Below are positions 1 to 8,222 of a stretch of 64,000 nucleotides of DNA, piece after piece (positions within the stretch are counted from its first letter, which is position 1; each line of letters begins with the position of its first letter). Source of the stretch: an uncultured Gammaproteobacteria bacterium (GTDB taxonomy: Bacteria; Patescibacteriota; Patescibacteriia; UBA1558; GWA2-36-10). The notes under the pieces are model-generated. The model had not been told where the DNA came from, did no database searches, and was given only the letters and a program-made list of their open reading frames with translations. The position numbers and the translations under genes were made by a program. The stretch lies in contig CAZWIT010000004.1 in assembly GCA_964633905.1 (NCBI GenBank), forward strand, positions 9,336 through 73,335, written 5' to 3'.

Positions 1-1
1 A

Positions 2-121
2 GCCAAGGCAATTTTAAGCAAAAATTTGAAACAGGAGATGGAAATAGCAGCTGATAATTGGGAATTTGAAAAAGCGATTGAGCTCAGGGATAAATTAAAT
101 ATTTTGACAGCTAAAAAATAA
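2..121 (+). CDS. uvrB: 3' end of a UVR-domain protein, probably excinuclease ABC subunit B (partial)
   Basis: Own translation AKAILSKNLKQEMEIAADNWEFEKAIELRDKLNILTAKK*; EMxxAAxxxEFExAxxLRD is the C-terminal UVR motif. Confidence 0.75.
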   Translation, partial: AKAILSKNLKQEMEIAADNWEFEKAIELRDKLNILTAKK

Positions 122-125
122 TAAA

Positions 126-893
126 ATGCTTGTTTCGGAATTTTTAAATAATTTTTCTAAAGCAAAATTGGAAAATATATATAATGACTCTCAGTCTGCT
201 TTTTATTTAATCAATAAACCAAAAGGTCAGCATTCATTTAAACTTGTTTCCAGCTTGCGTAAGTTACTGGGTATTAAAAAAGTTGGTTTTGCTGGCACTT
301 TAGATCCTTTGGCTTCTGGTTTAATGATTTTAGCCACTGGATCAGCTACTAAATTATTAGATCTATTTCACCTACTACCAAAAACTTATCAAGCTAATAT
401 AATTTTTGGACAAACTTCAGCTAGTTTTGATTTAGAACAGGATATAGTGGTAAATCATAATGCTAAAGAATTTACTAAAGCCGATTTAGATAAATATTTA
501 AATAATTTTTTAGGCAAGCAAGAACAAACAGTGCCAATTTATTCAGCTAAAAAAGTAGCTGGTAAAAAGCTACATCAGTTAGCAAGGCAGGGTCAGACCT
601 TACAAAATTTGCCTAAGAATAAAATTGAAATTTATAGTTTAAAAGTTTTGTCTTTTTCTTATCCTAATTTAGAATTAGAAATTTCTTGTTCGGCTGGTAC
701 CTATATCCGCAGCTTGGTAAGCGATTTAGGGGATTTGGCTTTAAGCGGAGCTTTAATGACTGATTTAAAAAGAACTCAAATTGGTCCTTATCATTTAGAT
801 CAGGCTCTTGATATGGCAGATTTATCGCTTGTTAAAATAAAAAAACAAGCTTTAAATGTTCGAGATGTGCTTGCTTCTTTGTCTAAATTTTAG
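126..893 (+). CDS. truB: tRNA pseudouridine(55) synthase
   Basis: INKPKG, KVGFAGTLDPLASG (catalytic Asp), YSAKKVAG, CSAGTYIRSL motifs. Confidence 0.95.
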   Translation: MLVSEFLNNFSKAKLENIYNDSQSAFYLINKPKGQHSFKLVSSLRKLLGIKKVGFAGTLDPLASGLMILATGSATKLLDLFHLLPKTYQANIIFGQTSASFDLEQDIVVNHNAKEFTKADLDKYLNNFLGKQEQTVPIYSAKKVAGKKLHQLARQGQTLQNLPKNKIEIYSLKVLSFSYPNLELEISCSAGTYIRSLVSDLGDLALSGALMTDLKRTQIGPYHLDQALDMADLSLVKIKKQALNVRDVLASLSKF

Positions 894-913
894 CCGATTT
901 TCTAATTATGAGT

Positions 914-1165
914 TTAGCTATCAGTGCCTTTAATTTGGTCACTGATTTTTTTAACAGCCTCATGTTCTATGTGCCCAGCTTCAGCTAGCTTGTGTAAATG
1001 GCCGATAAATTCAGTATGACTCATTTCTTCGTGTCCAAAATGAACGCCCAAAGACTCAGAAGCCTTATTTAAGTGTTCTAAGGCTTGTTGTGAATCAAAA
1101 GCATGAGGCACTAATTCTTTAGCAAAATGTAATTGTTCGCCGCTTGTTATGTGTCTGTTTAACAT
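914..1165 (-). CDS. His-rich hypothetical protein
   Basis: 83-aa ORF filling the truB-rpsT gap; 11 His; no recognised family. Confidence 0.6.
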   Translation of the reverse strand: MLNRHITSGEQLHFAKELVPHAFDSQQALEHLNKASESLGVHFGHEEMSHTEFIGHLHKLAEAGHIEHEAVKKISDQIKGTDS

Positions 1166-1245
1166 TTTTAGGACTTGACTTAATTATTAATTTATGTTAA
1201 TATTTTTTGGTCTTTATAATATAATTTTAATCTAAATTCAGTATT

Positions 1246-1527
1246 ATGCCAAATAAGAAAGCTGCTATTAAGCACTTACGCCAGACCAAAAAAAGAACTT
1301 TAGTCAATGCTATTGTTAAAAGGCGTATAAAAAATTTAGTAAAACAAGGCCAAAAAGCTATTGCTGATGGTTCTATTAAAGAAAAACATCAAGCTTTAAG
1401 TCATGATTTACAAAAAACTGTAGACAAGGCTGTTAAAAAAGGTTTAATTAAACCTAATGCTGGCAACCGTAAAAAAGCTAGATTTATGAAAAGTATTAAT
1501 AAATCTTTAGCTACTAGCAAAAAATAA
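1246..1527 (+). CDS. rpsT: 30S ribosomal protein S20
   Basis: MPNKKAAIKHLRQ...DKAVKKGLIKPNAGNRKKAR pattern. Confidence 0.95.
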   Translation: MPNKKAAIKHLRQTKKRTLVNAIVKRRIKNLVKQGQKAIADGSIKEKHQALSHDLQKTVDKAVKKGLIKPNAGNRKKARFMKSINKSLATSKK

Positions 1528-1556
1528 TTTTTACTTTATTTGATTTTTAAATAATT

Positions 1557-1589
1557 CAGCCCTGCACCATACGGTGCAGGGCTGTTTTT
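1557..1589 (+). terminator. Rho-independent terminator after rpsT
   Basis: Perfect 12-bp stem CAGCCCTGCACC/GGTGCAGGGCTG followed by TTTTT. Confidence 0.8.
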
Positions 1590-2538
1590 ATATTTGTCCA
1601 ATAATTTTTACAAAAAGTAATTGGGGGTCTAGGCTACTAGTTTTTAATTTAGTATCCAAAATTAATAATTGTTGATAGATACTTTTAAGTTGTTCTAGGC
1701 TATAGTTGCTGGTTTGTTTAAAAGTTTTTTCTGCTAGCCAGGGTTGTATTTTTAAAGCTTGTGCTAAGGCTCCTGGATAATCAGCTTGTTTAGCAATTAA
1801 TTTAGCTTTTAGCAGTAAACGATATTGACGGATAATCATGCTTAACAAGTATTGAGGATTAGCGCCGCCATTCATTTGTTCGTTTAAAAGTTGTAAAGCT
1901 TTGCTCTTATCTTGATTGCCCAGGGCATCAATAAAGTTAAAGATATTTTCATCAAGCTTAGCGTTAACTAAGTCTTTAACAGTATTTTCATCAATGTTAG
2001 CTTGACTGTAATTTACTAGTTTACTTATCTCTTGGTTTAAGGCCCATAAGTCATTGCCAACATAAGCAATTAATAAACGAATAGCCTGAGGGCTAATATT
2101 TTTTTGTTCTTTTTGACATTGTTTTTTTACCCAAATTTCCAGCTGGCTACTAGAAAGTTTAGCAAATTCTTCAACGTATTTAAAAGTCTTTAGTTTTTTA
2201 TAAAGTTTAAGCCTCGCGTCTGGCTTATTTGTTTCCCAAAAAATTAAATAATTTTCTTGTGGGCTATCAGTTTGTTTTTGTAAGAAATTAAGTAAAGCAT
2301 CTTGCCAAGAGGCTAGTTTTTTATTATTAAAAATATTTTTAATAATGATTAATTTTTTGCTAGCCAAAAATCCAGTTACCGAAATAGCCTGAAAAAAATC
2401 ATCAGCCTTAATAGTTTCTCCATCGAGATGAACTATGTTATGACCACCAGGGTCAATTTCTTTTTTAAATTTCTTGGCAATAGCATCAATCTTATTTTTA
2501 GCTAAGAAAGAATTTTCGCCGTAGTAAAAAAATATCAT
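1588..2538 (-). CDS. holA: DNA polymerase III delta subunit
   Basis: MIFFYYGEN start, GNDLWALNQEISKL, NIFNFIDAL, C-terminal DTKLKTS; next to rpsT. Confidence 0.92.
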   Translation of the reverse strand: MIFFYYGENSFLAKNKIDAIAKKFKKEIDPGGHNIVHLDGETIKADDFFQAISVTGFLASKKLIIIKNIFNNKKLASWQDALLNFLQKQTDSPQENYLIFWETNKPDARLKLYKKLKTFKYVEEFAKLSSSQLEIWVKKQCQKEQKNISPQAIRLLIAYVGNDLWALNQEISKLVNYSQANIDENTVKDLVNAKLDENIFNFIDALGNQDKSKALQLLNEQMNGGANPQYLLSMIIRQYRLLLKAKLIAKQADYPGALAQALKIQPWLAEKTFKQTSNYSLEQLKSIYQQLLILDTKLKTSSLDPQLLFVKIIGQI

Positions 2539-2539
2539 T

Positions 2540-5263
2540 TTAATTAAAATCTTTTAATTCACCCCAATTTTTACCAATTTCTACATCAGCTACCAAGGGC
2601 ACATTTAAATGATAAATATTTTCCATAGTATTTTTGACAAAATCAGCTACTTTTTTGATATCTTTATCAGGCACTTCAACTACTAATTCATCATGTACTT
2701 GTAGTACTAATTTGGATTGGGGACTGACACTATTTAGCTTTTGGTGAATGGCAATCATAGCCATTTTCATCAGATCAGCGGCTGTGCCCTGCAAGGGCAT
2801 ATTAATAGCCATGCGCTCAGCCGCGCTTTTGAGCATGGGCATTGAAGAGTGGATGTCGGGCAAATAACGGCGTCTACCAAAGATAGTTTGAGCATAGCCA
2901 TATTTAGTGGCAAAAGTTTTAGTATTATCTAAATACTCTTTTATTTTTTTATAAATGCTAAAATATTTATTAATAAATTCTTTAGCTTCATTTCTATTTA
3001 AGCCAGTGCGTTGAGCTAGGCCCAAAGATCCTAAGCCGTAGAGTACGCCAAAGTTTACTTCTTTAGCCGTGCGTCTAATTTCTTTAGTAACTTGTTCTAA
3101 GGGAATTTTGTGAATTTCAGCAGCCGTACGCGCGTGGATGTCTTCACCTTTTTTAAAACTAGCCATCATCTTGGGATCTTGCGATAAAGCGGCTGCTAGT
3201 CTTAGCTCAATTTGAGAATAATCAGCCGAAAGTAGGCTAAAGCCGATAGGAGCGACAAAGGCCTGGCGTATTTTTTTGCCCAATTCCGTGCGGATTGGAA
3301 TATTTTGTAAATTAGGATCAGAAGAGGATAGTCGTCCAGTGGTAGTCACAGTTTGATTAAAGCTAGTATGCAGACGGCCACTATTTTTATCTACCAATAG
3401 TGGCAAGGCTCGAATATAGGTACTTTGTAGCTTAGTTAGTTCGCGGTATTCAGAAATCAAGGGGATAATAGGATGCAAAGTCATCATTTTATCAAGCTCG
3501 GCAGCAGCCGTTGATATACCAGTTTTAGTTTTTTTAATACCAGTAACACTAATTTTTAAATCTTCAAATAATATTTTTTTAAGTTGTAGTGGTGAGCTAA
3601 TATTAAACTCACTACCAGCTAGTTTAAATATTTGCTCACTAATTTTAGCAATATCTTGATCAAACTTTTTCTCCATAATATGCAAAAATTTTTGATCTAG
3701 CAAGATACCGTTAATTTCCATGTCAGCCAAAGTGGCAACTAGAGGCATTTCTATGTTTTGTAATAATTCCAAATTTTTATTATCTTTGATAATTGGTAAT
3801 AATTTTTGGTAAAGTCTAAAAGTAATATCAGCATCTTCGGCGGCATACCAACCCAGTTTATCTAAGGGGATACTGGCAGTTTCAATTGTTTTTTTCTTGT
3901 CAGTTTCTGGCACTAGATCATCTAATTTTAATTTACGATAGCCAAGGTAGGAAAAACTTAGTTCATCTAAGCGTAAACCGCGACTAGGATTGATCAAATA
4001 GGCAGCAATCATAGTGTCAAAATATAAACCTTGCGTTTCGATGCCGAGGAGTTTTAAAACCTTATAATCAAATTTGATATTGTGGCCGATTTTTTGAATC
4101 TTATTATCTTCTAAAATTGGTTTTAAATCTTTTAAGACCTGCTGCTTAAATTTTTCTTCTGTTAAAGAAATAAAATAAGCAGTGCCTGAAGTCCAAGCTA
4201 AAGATAAACCAAGAATTTTTTCTTGAAAAATATCTAAACCAGTAGTTTCAGTATCAAGAGCTAATATTTTTTGCTTTTTTATATCAGTTAATAGTTTTTG
4301 CCAGTCAGTAATAGTGCTAATTATTTTGTAATTTTCACCAGTGGTTTTAGCTTGACTATGAATAGTAAAATTCAACTGCTGATTAAGGGGGATTTTTTTG
4401 AGTAGGGAGTTAAATTCAAATTTTTGAAAAATTTTATAAACAGCATTCGCGTCGTATTGATTCCAAACAGCCTTGGCAAGGTCAAGATTTATCTCAAGGT
4501 CAGTAACAATTGTTACCAAGCGTTTGCTTAAGGCAGCTTCTTTTTCGTATTCTTTTAATAAGGCGCGGGTTCTTTCTTTGATTTGGCTGTTATTTAGATT
4601 TTTATATAGGTTTTCTAAACTGCCGAATTCTTTGATCAAGTCGCTAGCGCCTTTTTCGCCTATTCCTTTGACACCTTTAATATTATCAGAGCTATCTCCT
4701 CGTAAAGCTTTGAAATCAATTAATTGTTTTGGCTTAAGACTATAGCGTTCTTCTACAGCTGCCTCATCATAAATAATTGTATCGTTAAAACCTTTTTTTA
4801 AGGTTAAAATTTTTGTTCTTTTATTGACTAATTGCAAAGCATCTAGATCGCCAGTAACAATAATAGTTTGCACTTCTGGATTTTTGTCATAAGTAATTTT
4901 AGCAATTGTGCCAATAACATCATCTGCTTCAAAACCTTCTTTAGTAATAACTGGTATATGGAAAGCTTCTAAAACTTCTTTAGCTAGTGGTATTTGATCA
5001 TAAAATTCTTGAGCCTGTTTGACGCGCTGAGCTTTATAATCAGTGTATTCATGATGACGGAAGGTTTTACCAGCTAAATCAAAAGCAGCTATAATATAGT
5101 CTGGTTTAAGTTCAGTTATTATCTTTAGTAATAGCGAAGTAAAGCCGTAAACAGCATTGACCATTAAGCCGTCTTTGGTAGATAGTGCGGGGATAGCGTG
5201 CCAAGCACGGTGCATTAAGGCATTAGAGTCAATAATTACTAATTTTTTGTTGTTTTTGGCCAT
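2540..5263 (-). CDS. polA: DNA polymerase I (5'-3' exo, 3'-5' exo, polymerase)
   Basis: EADDVIGT, GDSSDNIKGV, ALDTETTG, TGRLSSSDPNLQNIP, ADYSQIELR, LQVHDEL. Confidence 0.98.
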   Translation of the reverse strand: MAKNNKKLVIIDSNALMHRAWHAIPALSTKDGLMVNAVYGFTSLLLKIITELKPDYIIAAFDLAGKTFRHHEYTDYKAQRVKQAQEFYDQIPLAKEVLEAFHIPVITKEGFEADDVIGTIAKITYDKNPEVQTIIVTGDLDALQLVNKRTKILTLKKGFNDTIIYDEAAVEERYSLKPKQLIDFKALRGDSSDNIKGVKGIGEKGASDLIKEFGSLENLYKNLNNSQIKERTRALLKEYEKEAALSKRLVTIVTDLEINLDLAKAVWNQYDANAVYKIFQKFEFNSLLKKIPLNQQLNFTIHSQAKTTGENYKIISTITDWQKLLTDIKKQKILALDTETTGLDIFQEKILGLSLAWTSGTAYFISLTEEKFKQQVLKDLKPILEDNKIQKIGHNIKFDYKVLKLLGIETQGLYFDTMIAAYLINPSRGLRLDELSFSYLGYRKLKLDDLVPETDKKKTIETASIPLDKLGWYAAEDADITFRLYQKLLPIIKDNKNLELLQNIEMPLVATLADMEINGILLDQKFLHIMEKKFDQDIAKISEQIFKLAGSEFNISSPLQLKKILFEDLKISVTGIKKTKTGISTAAAELDKMMTLHPIIPLISEYRELTKLQSTYIRALPLLVDKNSGRLHTSFNQTVTTTGRLSSSDPNLQNIPIRTELGKKIRQAFVAPIGFSLLSADYSQIELRLAAALSQDPKMMASFKKGEDIHARTAAEIHKIPLEQVTKEIRRTAKEVNFGVLYGLGSLGLAQRTGLNRNEAKEFINKYFSIYKKIKEYLDNTKTFATKYGYAQTIFGRRRYLPDIHSSMPMLKSAAERMAINMPLQGTAADLMKMAMIAIHQKLNSVSPQSKLVLQVHDELVVEVPDKDIKKVADFVKNTMENIYHLNVPLVADVEIGKNWGELKDFN

Positions 5264-5330
5264 TATTTTAGTTTAAATTCTTATTTTATAATAGCATTTA
5301 TAGGGGTTTAGACAAGGGCGTAAATATTGA

Positions 5331-5460
5331 CCCTGTTAAATTTTGTTTTTAATTATTTTTTTAAATATTTAAAGATAATTTAAGTTATTTTTTTAATTTT
5401 TTAGTCATTATATTAACGAATAATCCCATTCACCAAGGTGAATGGGATTATTTAACAGGG
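5331..5460. mobile_element. Putative MITE, copy 1 (TIR CCCTGTTAAAT, TTGA duplication)
   Basis: Perfect 11-bp terminal inverted repeats; TTGA at 5327-5330 and 5461-5464; internal hairpin AATCCCATTCACC/GGTGAATGGGATT. Confidence 0.65.
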
Positions 5461-5488
5461 TTGACTTTTTATGATTTTATTATATAAT
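5461..5488 (+). promoter_or_regulatory. Sigma70-type promoter of tRNA-Gly/tRNA-Leu
   Basis: TTGACT-16 bp-TATAAT about 20 bp upstream of the tRNA. Confidence 0.7.
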
Positions 5489-5508
5489 AGGGTAGTTATT
5501 TAAAATGA

Positions 5509-5585
5509 GCGGGTGTAGTTCAGTTGGCTAGAACGTTTCCTTGCCAAGGAAAAGGTCGCCGGTTCGAACCCGGTCACCCGCTCCA
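5509..5585 (+). tRNA. tRNA-Gly (GCC)
   Basis: Acceptor GCGGGTG/CACCCGC, anticodon arm TTTCC-TTGCCAA-GGAAA, GGTTCGAACC, encoded CCA. Confidence 0.97.
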
Positions 5586-5695
5586 ATTTTTCGATATACT
5601 CAGGTTGTCGATTGTATCTTAAATAACGTTATTAATTGGTTAAACTCGCCCTGAGTAAGTGGAGCGCACCGAAGGGTCTCACCCGCTCCAATTTT
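5574..5695 (+). repeat. 17-bp direct repeat of tRNA-Gly 3' end (att-like scar) enclosing REP-like halves
   Basis: TCACCCGCTCCAATTTT at 5574-5590 and 5679-5695. Confidence 0.8.
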
Positions 5696-5708
5696 ATAAC
5701 TCAATCAT

Positions 5709-5795
5709 GCCGGCGTGGTGAAATTGGTAGACACGCAGGACTTAAAATCCTGTACCCGTAAGGGTGTGTCGGTTCGATTCCGACCGCCGGTACCA
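5709..5795 (+). tRNA. tRNA-Leu (TAA)
   Basis: Acceptor GCCGGCG/CGCCGGT, anticodon arm CAGGA-CTTAAAA-TCCTG, long variable arm, CCA. Confidence 0.97.
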
Positions 5796-5838
5796 CTTCG
5801 TTAATAAAATAAGCCTTAGAGGGGCTTTTTTGTTTTTC

Positions 5839-5867
5839 TTGACAATATTCAGATAAATTGTTATGGT
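5839..5867 (+). promoter_or_regulatory. Promoter of leader peptide/MFS unit
   Basis: TTGACA-17 bp-TATGGT with extended TG. Confidence 0.65.
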
Positions 5868-5886
5868 AAAAATATAAGTAAATATT

Positions 5887-6006
5887 ATGAATAATTTAAA
5901 TCGCTTAGCTAATTGTTGGATTCACCCCACTATCAAATCCGATCGTGAAGATCAAGGGGTAACTTTAGCTTTGTTTAGCCTAGGCGGTTTTAAGATGAAT
6001 TGTTAA
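5887..6006 (+). CDS. Putative 39-aa leader peptide (not in ORF track)
   Basis: MNNLNRLANCWIHPTIKSDREDQGVTLALFSLGGFKMNC*, between promoter and terminator; its 3' codons are complementary to the terminator 5' arm. Confidence 0.65.
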   Translation: MNNLNRLANCWIHPTIKSDREDQGVTLALFSLGGFKMNC

Positions 6007-6067
6007 ATATACAGACAATAATTACATTTAAAGAACGCCTTGGCTAGCTAAAGTCCAAGGCTTTTTT
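5962..6067 (+). promoter_or_regulatory. Attenuator (antiterminator 5962-5993/6028-6054; terminator 6037-6067)
   Basis: GCCTTGG...CCAAGGC-TTTTTT terminator mutually exclusive with pairing of ACTTTAGCT..TAGCCTAGGCGGTTTTAA to TTAAAGAACGCCTTGGCTAGCTAAAGT. Confidence 0.7.
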
Positions 6068-6131
6068 GTGCCAGATTCAAGGACTAGCTAGACCTGTACT
6101 TTGACATAAACAAAGGAAAAGGAGGGAGACT

Positions 6132-7322
6132 ATGGTAAACAGGACAATTAAAATTTATTTACTACTTGTTTTTGCTAGTAAGCTTAGCGTAGCTTTTAGT
6201 TTTACTACTTACGTAATGTTTTTGCTGAGTCGCGGCTTGACTATTTTTGAGACTAGTTTGGTTAATATGGTTTTTTATGCGACTTTGTTTATTTTTGAAA
6301 TTCCCACTGGAGCACTGGCTGATGTTTTTGGTCGTAAATTTTCTTTTGTGCTATCTTGCTATTTGACAGCCTTGGGTTTATTTTTCTATTACCTATCAGG
6401 TTCATTTTGGGGTTTTGCTCTAGCCGAAGCAACAATTGCTATTGGTCATACTTTTGCTAGCGGTGCTTTTCAAGCTTGGTTAGTTGATAAATTGGGTTAT
6501 CATAATTTTAATGGTGAGCTGAAAAAAATTTTTGCCAAAGAACAAGTATTGGTTAATTTAGCCGTAATTATCGGCGGCTTAATTGGTGCCTATGTTGGTA
6601 AAGTAAACCTAGCTTGGCCTTGGCTAGTGGCTGCTTGTGGTATGGCGGTGGTGGGTTTTAGTGCGCAGCTACTCATGCAAGAGGAATATTTTAAAAAGCA
6701 AAAAATTTCTTGGATCCTAGGCTGGCAATCATTGCAGCAAGTAGTGAAATCTAGCTGGCAAGCGGGAGCAAAAAATAAAGCAGTTAGATTTTTGATTCTT
6801 TTAGGCACAGTTCAGTATTTTGCTGTGCAAGCGCCAAATATGCAATGGCAACCATATTTTGCTAAAACCTTTAATATTAGCAGTCAGTATTTGGGTTGGA
6901 TTTTCAGCGGTGTGTCTATTTTTATGATGTTTGGTTCCATATTAGCTCCTTATTTTGCTCATCGAGTTAAACAAGAAAAGAAAATTTTGTTGTTATCACA
7001 AGCCATGGTTGGTATTAGCTTGATCTTGGCTTCATTTAGTCAAACCCTTGGCACGGCCTTAATATTTTTTTGGCTGCATGAATTTGGCAGGGGTTTATTT
7101 AAGCCACTTAAGGATCAATATCTGAACGATAGTATTGAATCATCTCAATTACGCGCTACTCTTATTTCCTTTGAATCAATGTCACACCATATTGGCGGTT
7201 TGTTTGGCTTATTTGTTGGTGGTTTATTGGCTCAGCTTTTTGGTATTCAAACAGCTTGGCTGGTTTCAGGACTATTACTATTAATTATGTCCTGGCTACT
7301 ATCCAAAAATGGTCACGCCTAA
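6132..7322 (+). CDS. MFS transporter (efflux-like)
   Basis: About 12 hydrophobic segments; FEIPTGALADVFGRK motif A; strong SD AAGGAGGG. Confidence 0.92.
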   Translation: MVNRTIKIYLLLVFASKLSVAFSFTTYVMFLLSRGLTIFETSLVNMVFYATLFIFEIPTGALADVFGRKFSFVLSCYLTALGLFFYYLSGSFWGFALAEATIAIGHTFASGAFQAWLVDKLGYHNFNGELKKIFAKEQVLVNLAVIIGGLIGAYVGKVNLAWPWLVAACGMAVVGFSAQLLMQEEYFKKQKISWILGWQSLQQVVKSSWQAGAKNKAVRFLILLGTVQYFAVQAPNMQWQPYFAKTFNISSQYLGWIFSGVSIFMMFGSILAPYFAHRVKQEKKILLLSQAMVGISLILASFSQTLGTALIFFWLHEFGRGLFKPLKDQYLNDSIESSQLRATLISFESMSHHIGGLFGLFVGGLLAQLFGIQTAWLVSGLLLLIMSWLLSKNGHA

Positions 7323-7451
7323 GAAATGAGCGGGGAGATAACATCAAACCGCTTTTTATTTTTGGTATTGACTAAGTTTATTTTATATGTAATAATTATT
7401 TGGTATTTATTGTTCCCTGATAGAGTTAGTCAACAACTAAAGGGGGTTTTG

Positions 7452-7736
7452 ATGCATTGGAAGGCAAATTTTCAGTGTCGTGGCAGGGAGCTAACAGTTT
7501 ATTTTGATGTAGAAGATATAGAATCTAACGTTAGCAAACCTTGTGAAAAATGTGGAGAAGAACTTGATCATAGTGGTAGAGTGATCATTAGGAATATTAG
7601 TGATGGTGGCGATATTGGTCCTAGTAATATTATTTGGTCAGATGCAGAAAAGCGTTTGAATAAGCTATTCCAACATCATCTTTGTGCGGAGCATCTCTGG
7701 CAATTAGCCAAAAGAAGAAATATTAGTCTTGATTAA
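7452..7736 (+). CDS. Hypothetical protein, possible Zn-binding (CEKC...HHLCAEH); start revised to ATG 7452
   Basis: Track start 7326 spans a terminator-like hairpin and a TTGACT promoter; AGGGGG precedes ATG 7452. Confidence 0.6.
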   Translation: MHWKANFQCRGRELTVYFDVEDIESNVSKPCEKCGEELDHSGRVIIRNISDGGDIGPSNIIWSDAEKRLNKLFQHHLCAEHLWQLAKRRNISLD

Positions 7737-7792
7737 TTATTTTTAGCATATTGCTATCTTAGCACGGTCAAAAGACCGTGTTTTTAAATTAT

Positions 7793-7838
7793 TTGACAGA
7801 TTTATTATTTTATGATAATGTGTTAATACATTAATACA
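7793..7838 (+). promoter_or_regulatory. Promoter overlapped by 20-bp palindromic operator
   Basis: TTGACA 7793-7798, 17 bp, TAATGT; TGTGTTAAT-AC-ATTAATACA at 7819-7838 (8 of 9 pairs). Confidence 0.65.
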
Positions 7839-7843
7839 AAATT

Positions 7844-8167
7844 ATGTCTGAATTTAAATTTAGTAAAAAAACTGATGAATTATTTAAAGCAATATTAAGC
7901 TTAAAAAACAAGAATGAATGTGAATCTTTTTTTCGTGATCTATGCACTGTTCAAGAATTAAAGGACATGAGTGATCGCTGGCAAATGGTAAATTTTTTAA
8001 AAAAAGGCATGCCCTATCGTGATATTGCTAAGAAGTTAGAAACTAGTACTACAACTGTATCTCGTGTTTCTTTTTGGTTAAAAAATGGTTTAGGCGGCTA
8101 TTCTTTAATTTGGAAAAGATTAAATTCTCATTATGGAAAATTACCGCCTGGGAAAGTTTTGCTTTAA
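7844..8167 (+). CDS. TrpR-like YerC/YecD family transcriptional regulator
   Basis: LFKAILSLKNKNECESFFRDLCTVQEL...YRDIAKKLETSTTTVSRV...GLGGY. Confidence 0.92.
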   Translation: MSEFKFSKKTDELFKAILSLKNKNECESFFRDLCTVQELKDMSDRWQMVNFLKKGMPYRDIAKKLETSTTTVSRVSFWLKNGLGGYSLIWKRLNSHYGKLPPGKVLL

Positions 8168-8208
8168 TTTTTTTAAATAGCAAGCCTCTCCCAGTGTGGA
8201 GAGTTTTT
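8148..8208 (+). promoter_or_regulatory. Attenuator-like switch at the regulator 3' end
   Basis: CTGGGAAAGTTTTGCT (8148-8163) pairs 14/16 incl. one GU with AGCAAGCCTCTCCCAG (8179-8194), competing with CTCTCC-CAGTGT-GGAGAG-TTTTT. Confidence 0.6.
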
Positions 8209-8222
8209 ATTAATTAGAATAT

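Noticed and set aside
5331-5341. Xer dif site (TGTTAAAT resembles the XerD arm)
   Set aside because: No XerC arm at 6-bp spacing; better explained as a terminal inverted repeat
7326-7451. N-terminal extension of ORF 7326-7736
   Set aside because: Spans a terminator-like hairpin and promoter; SD-like sequence supports ATG 7452
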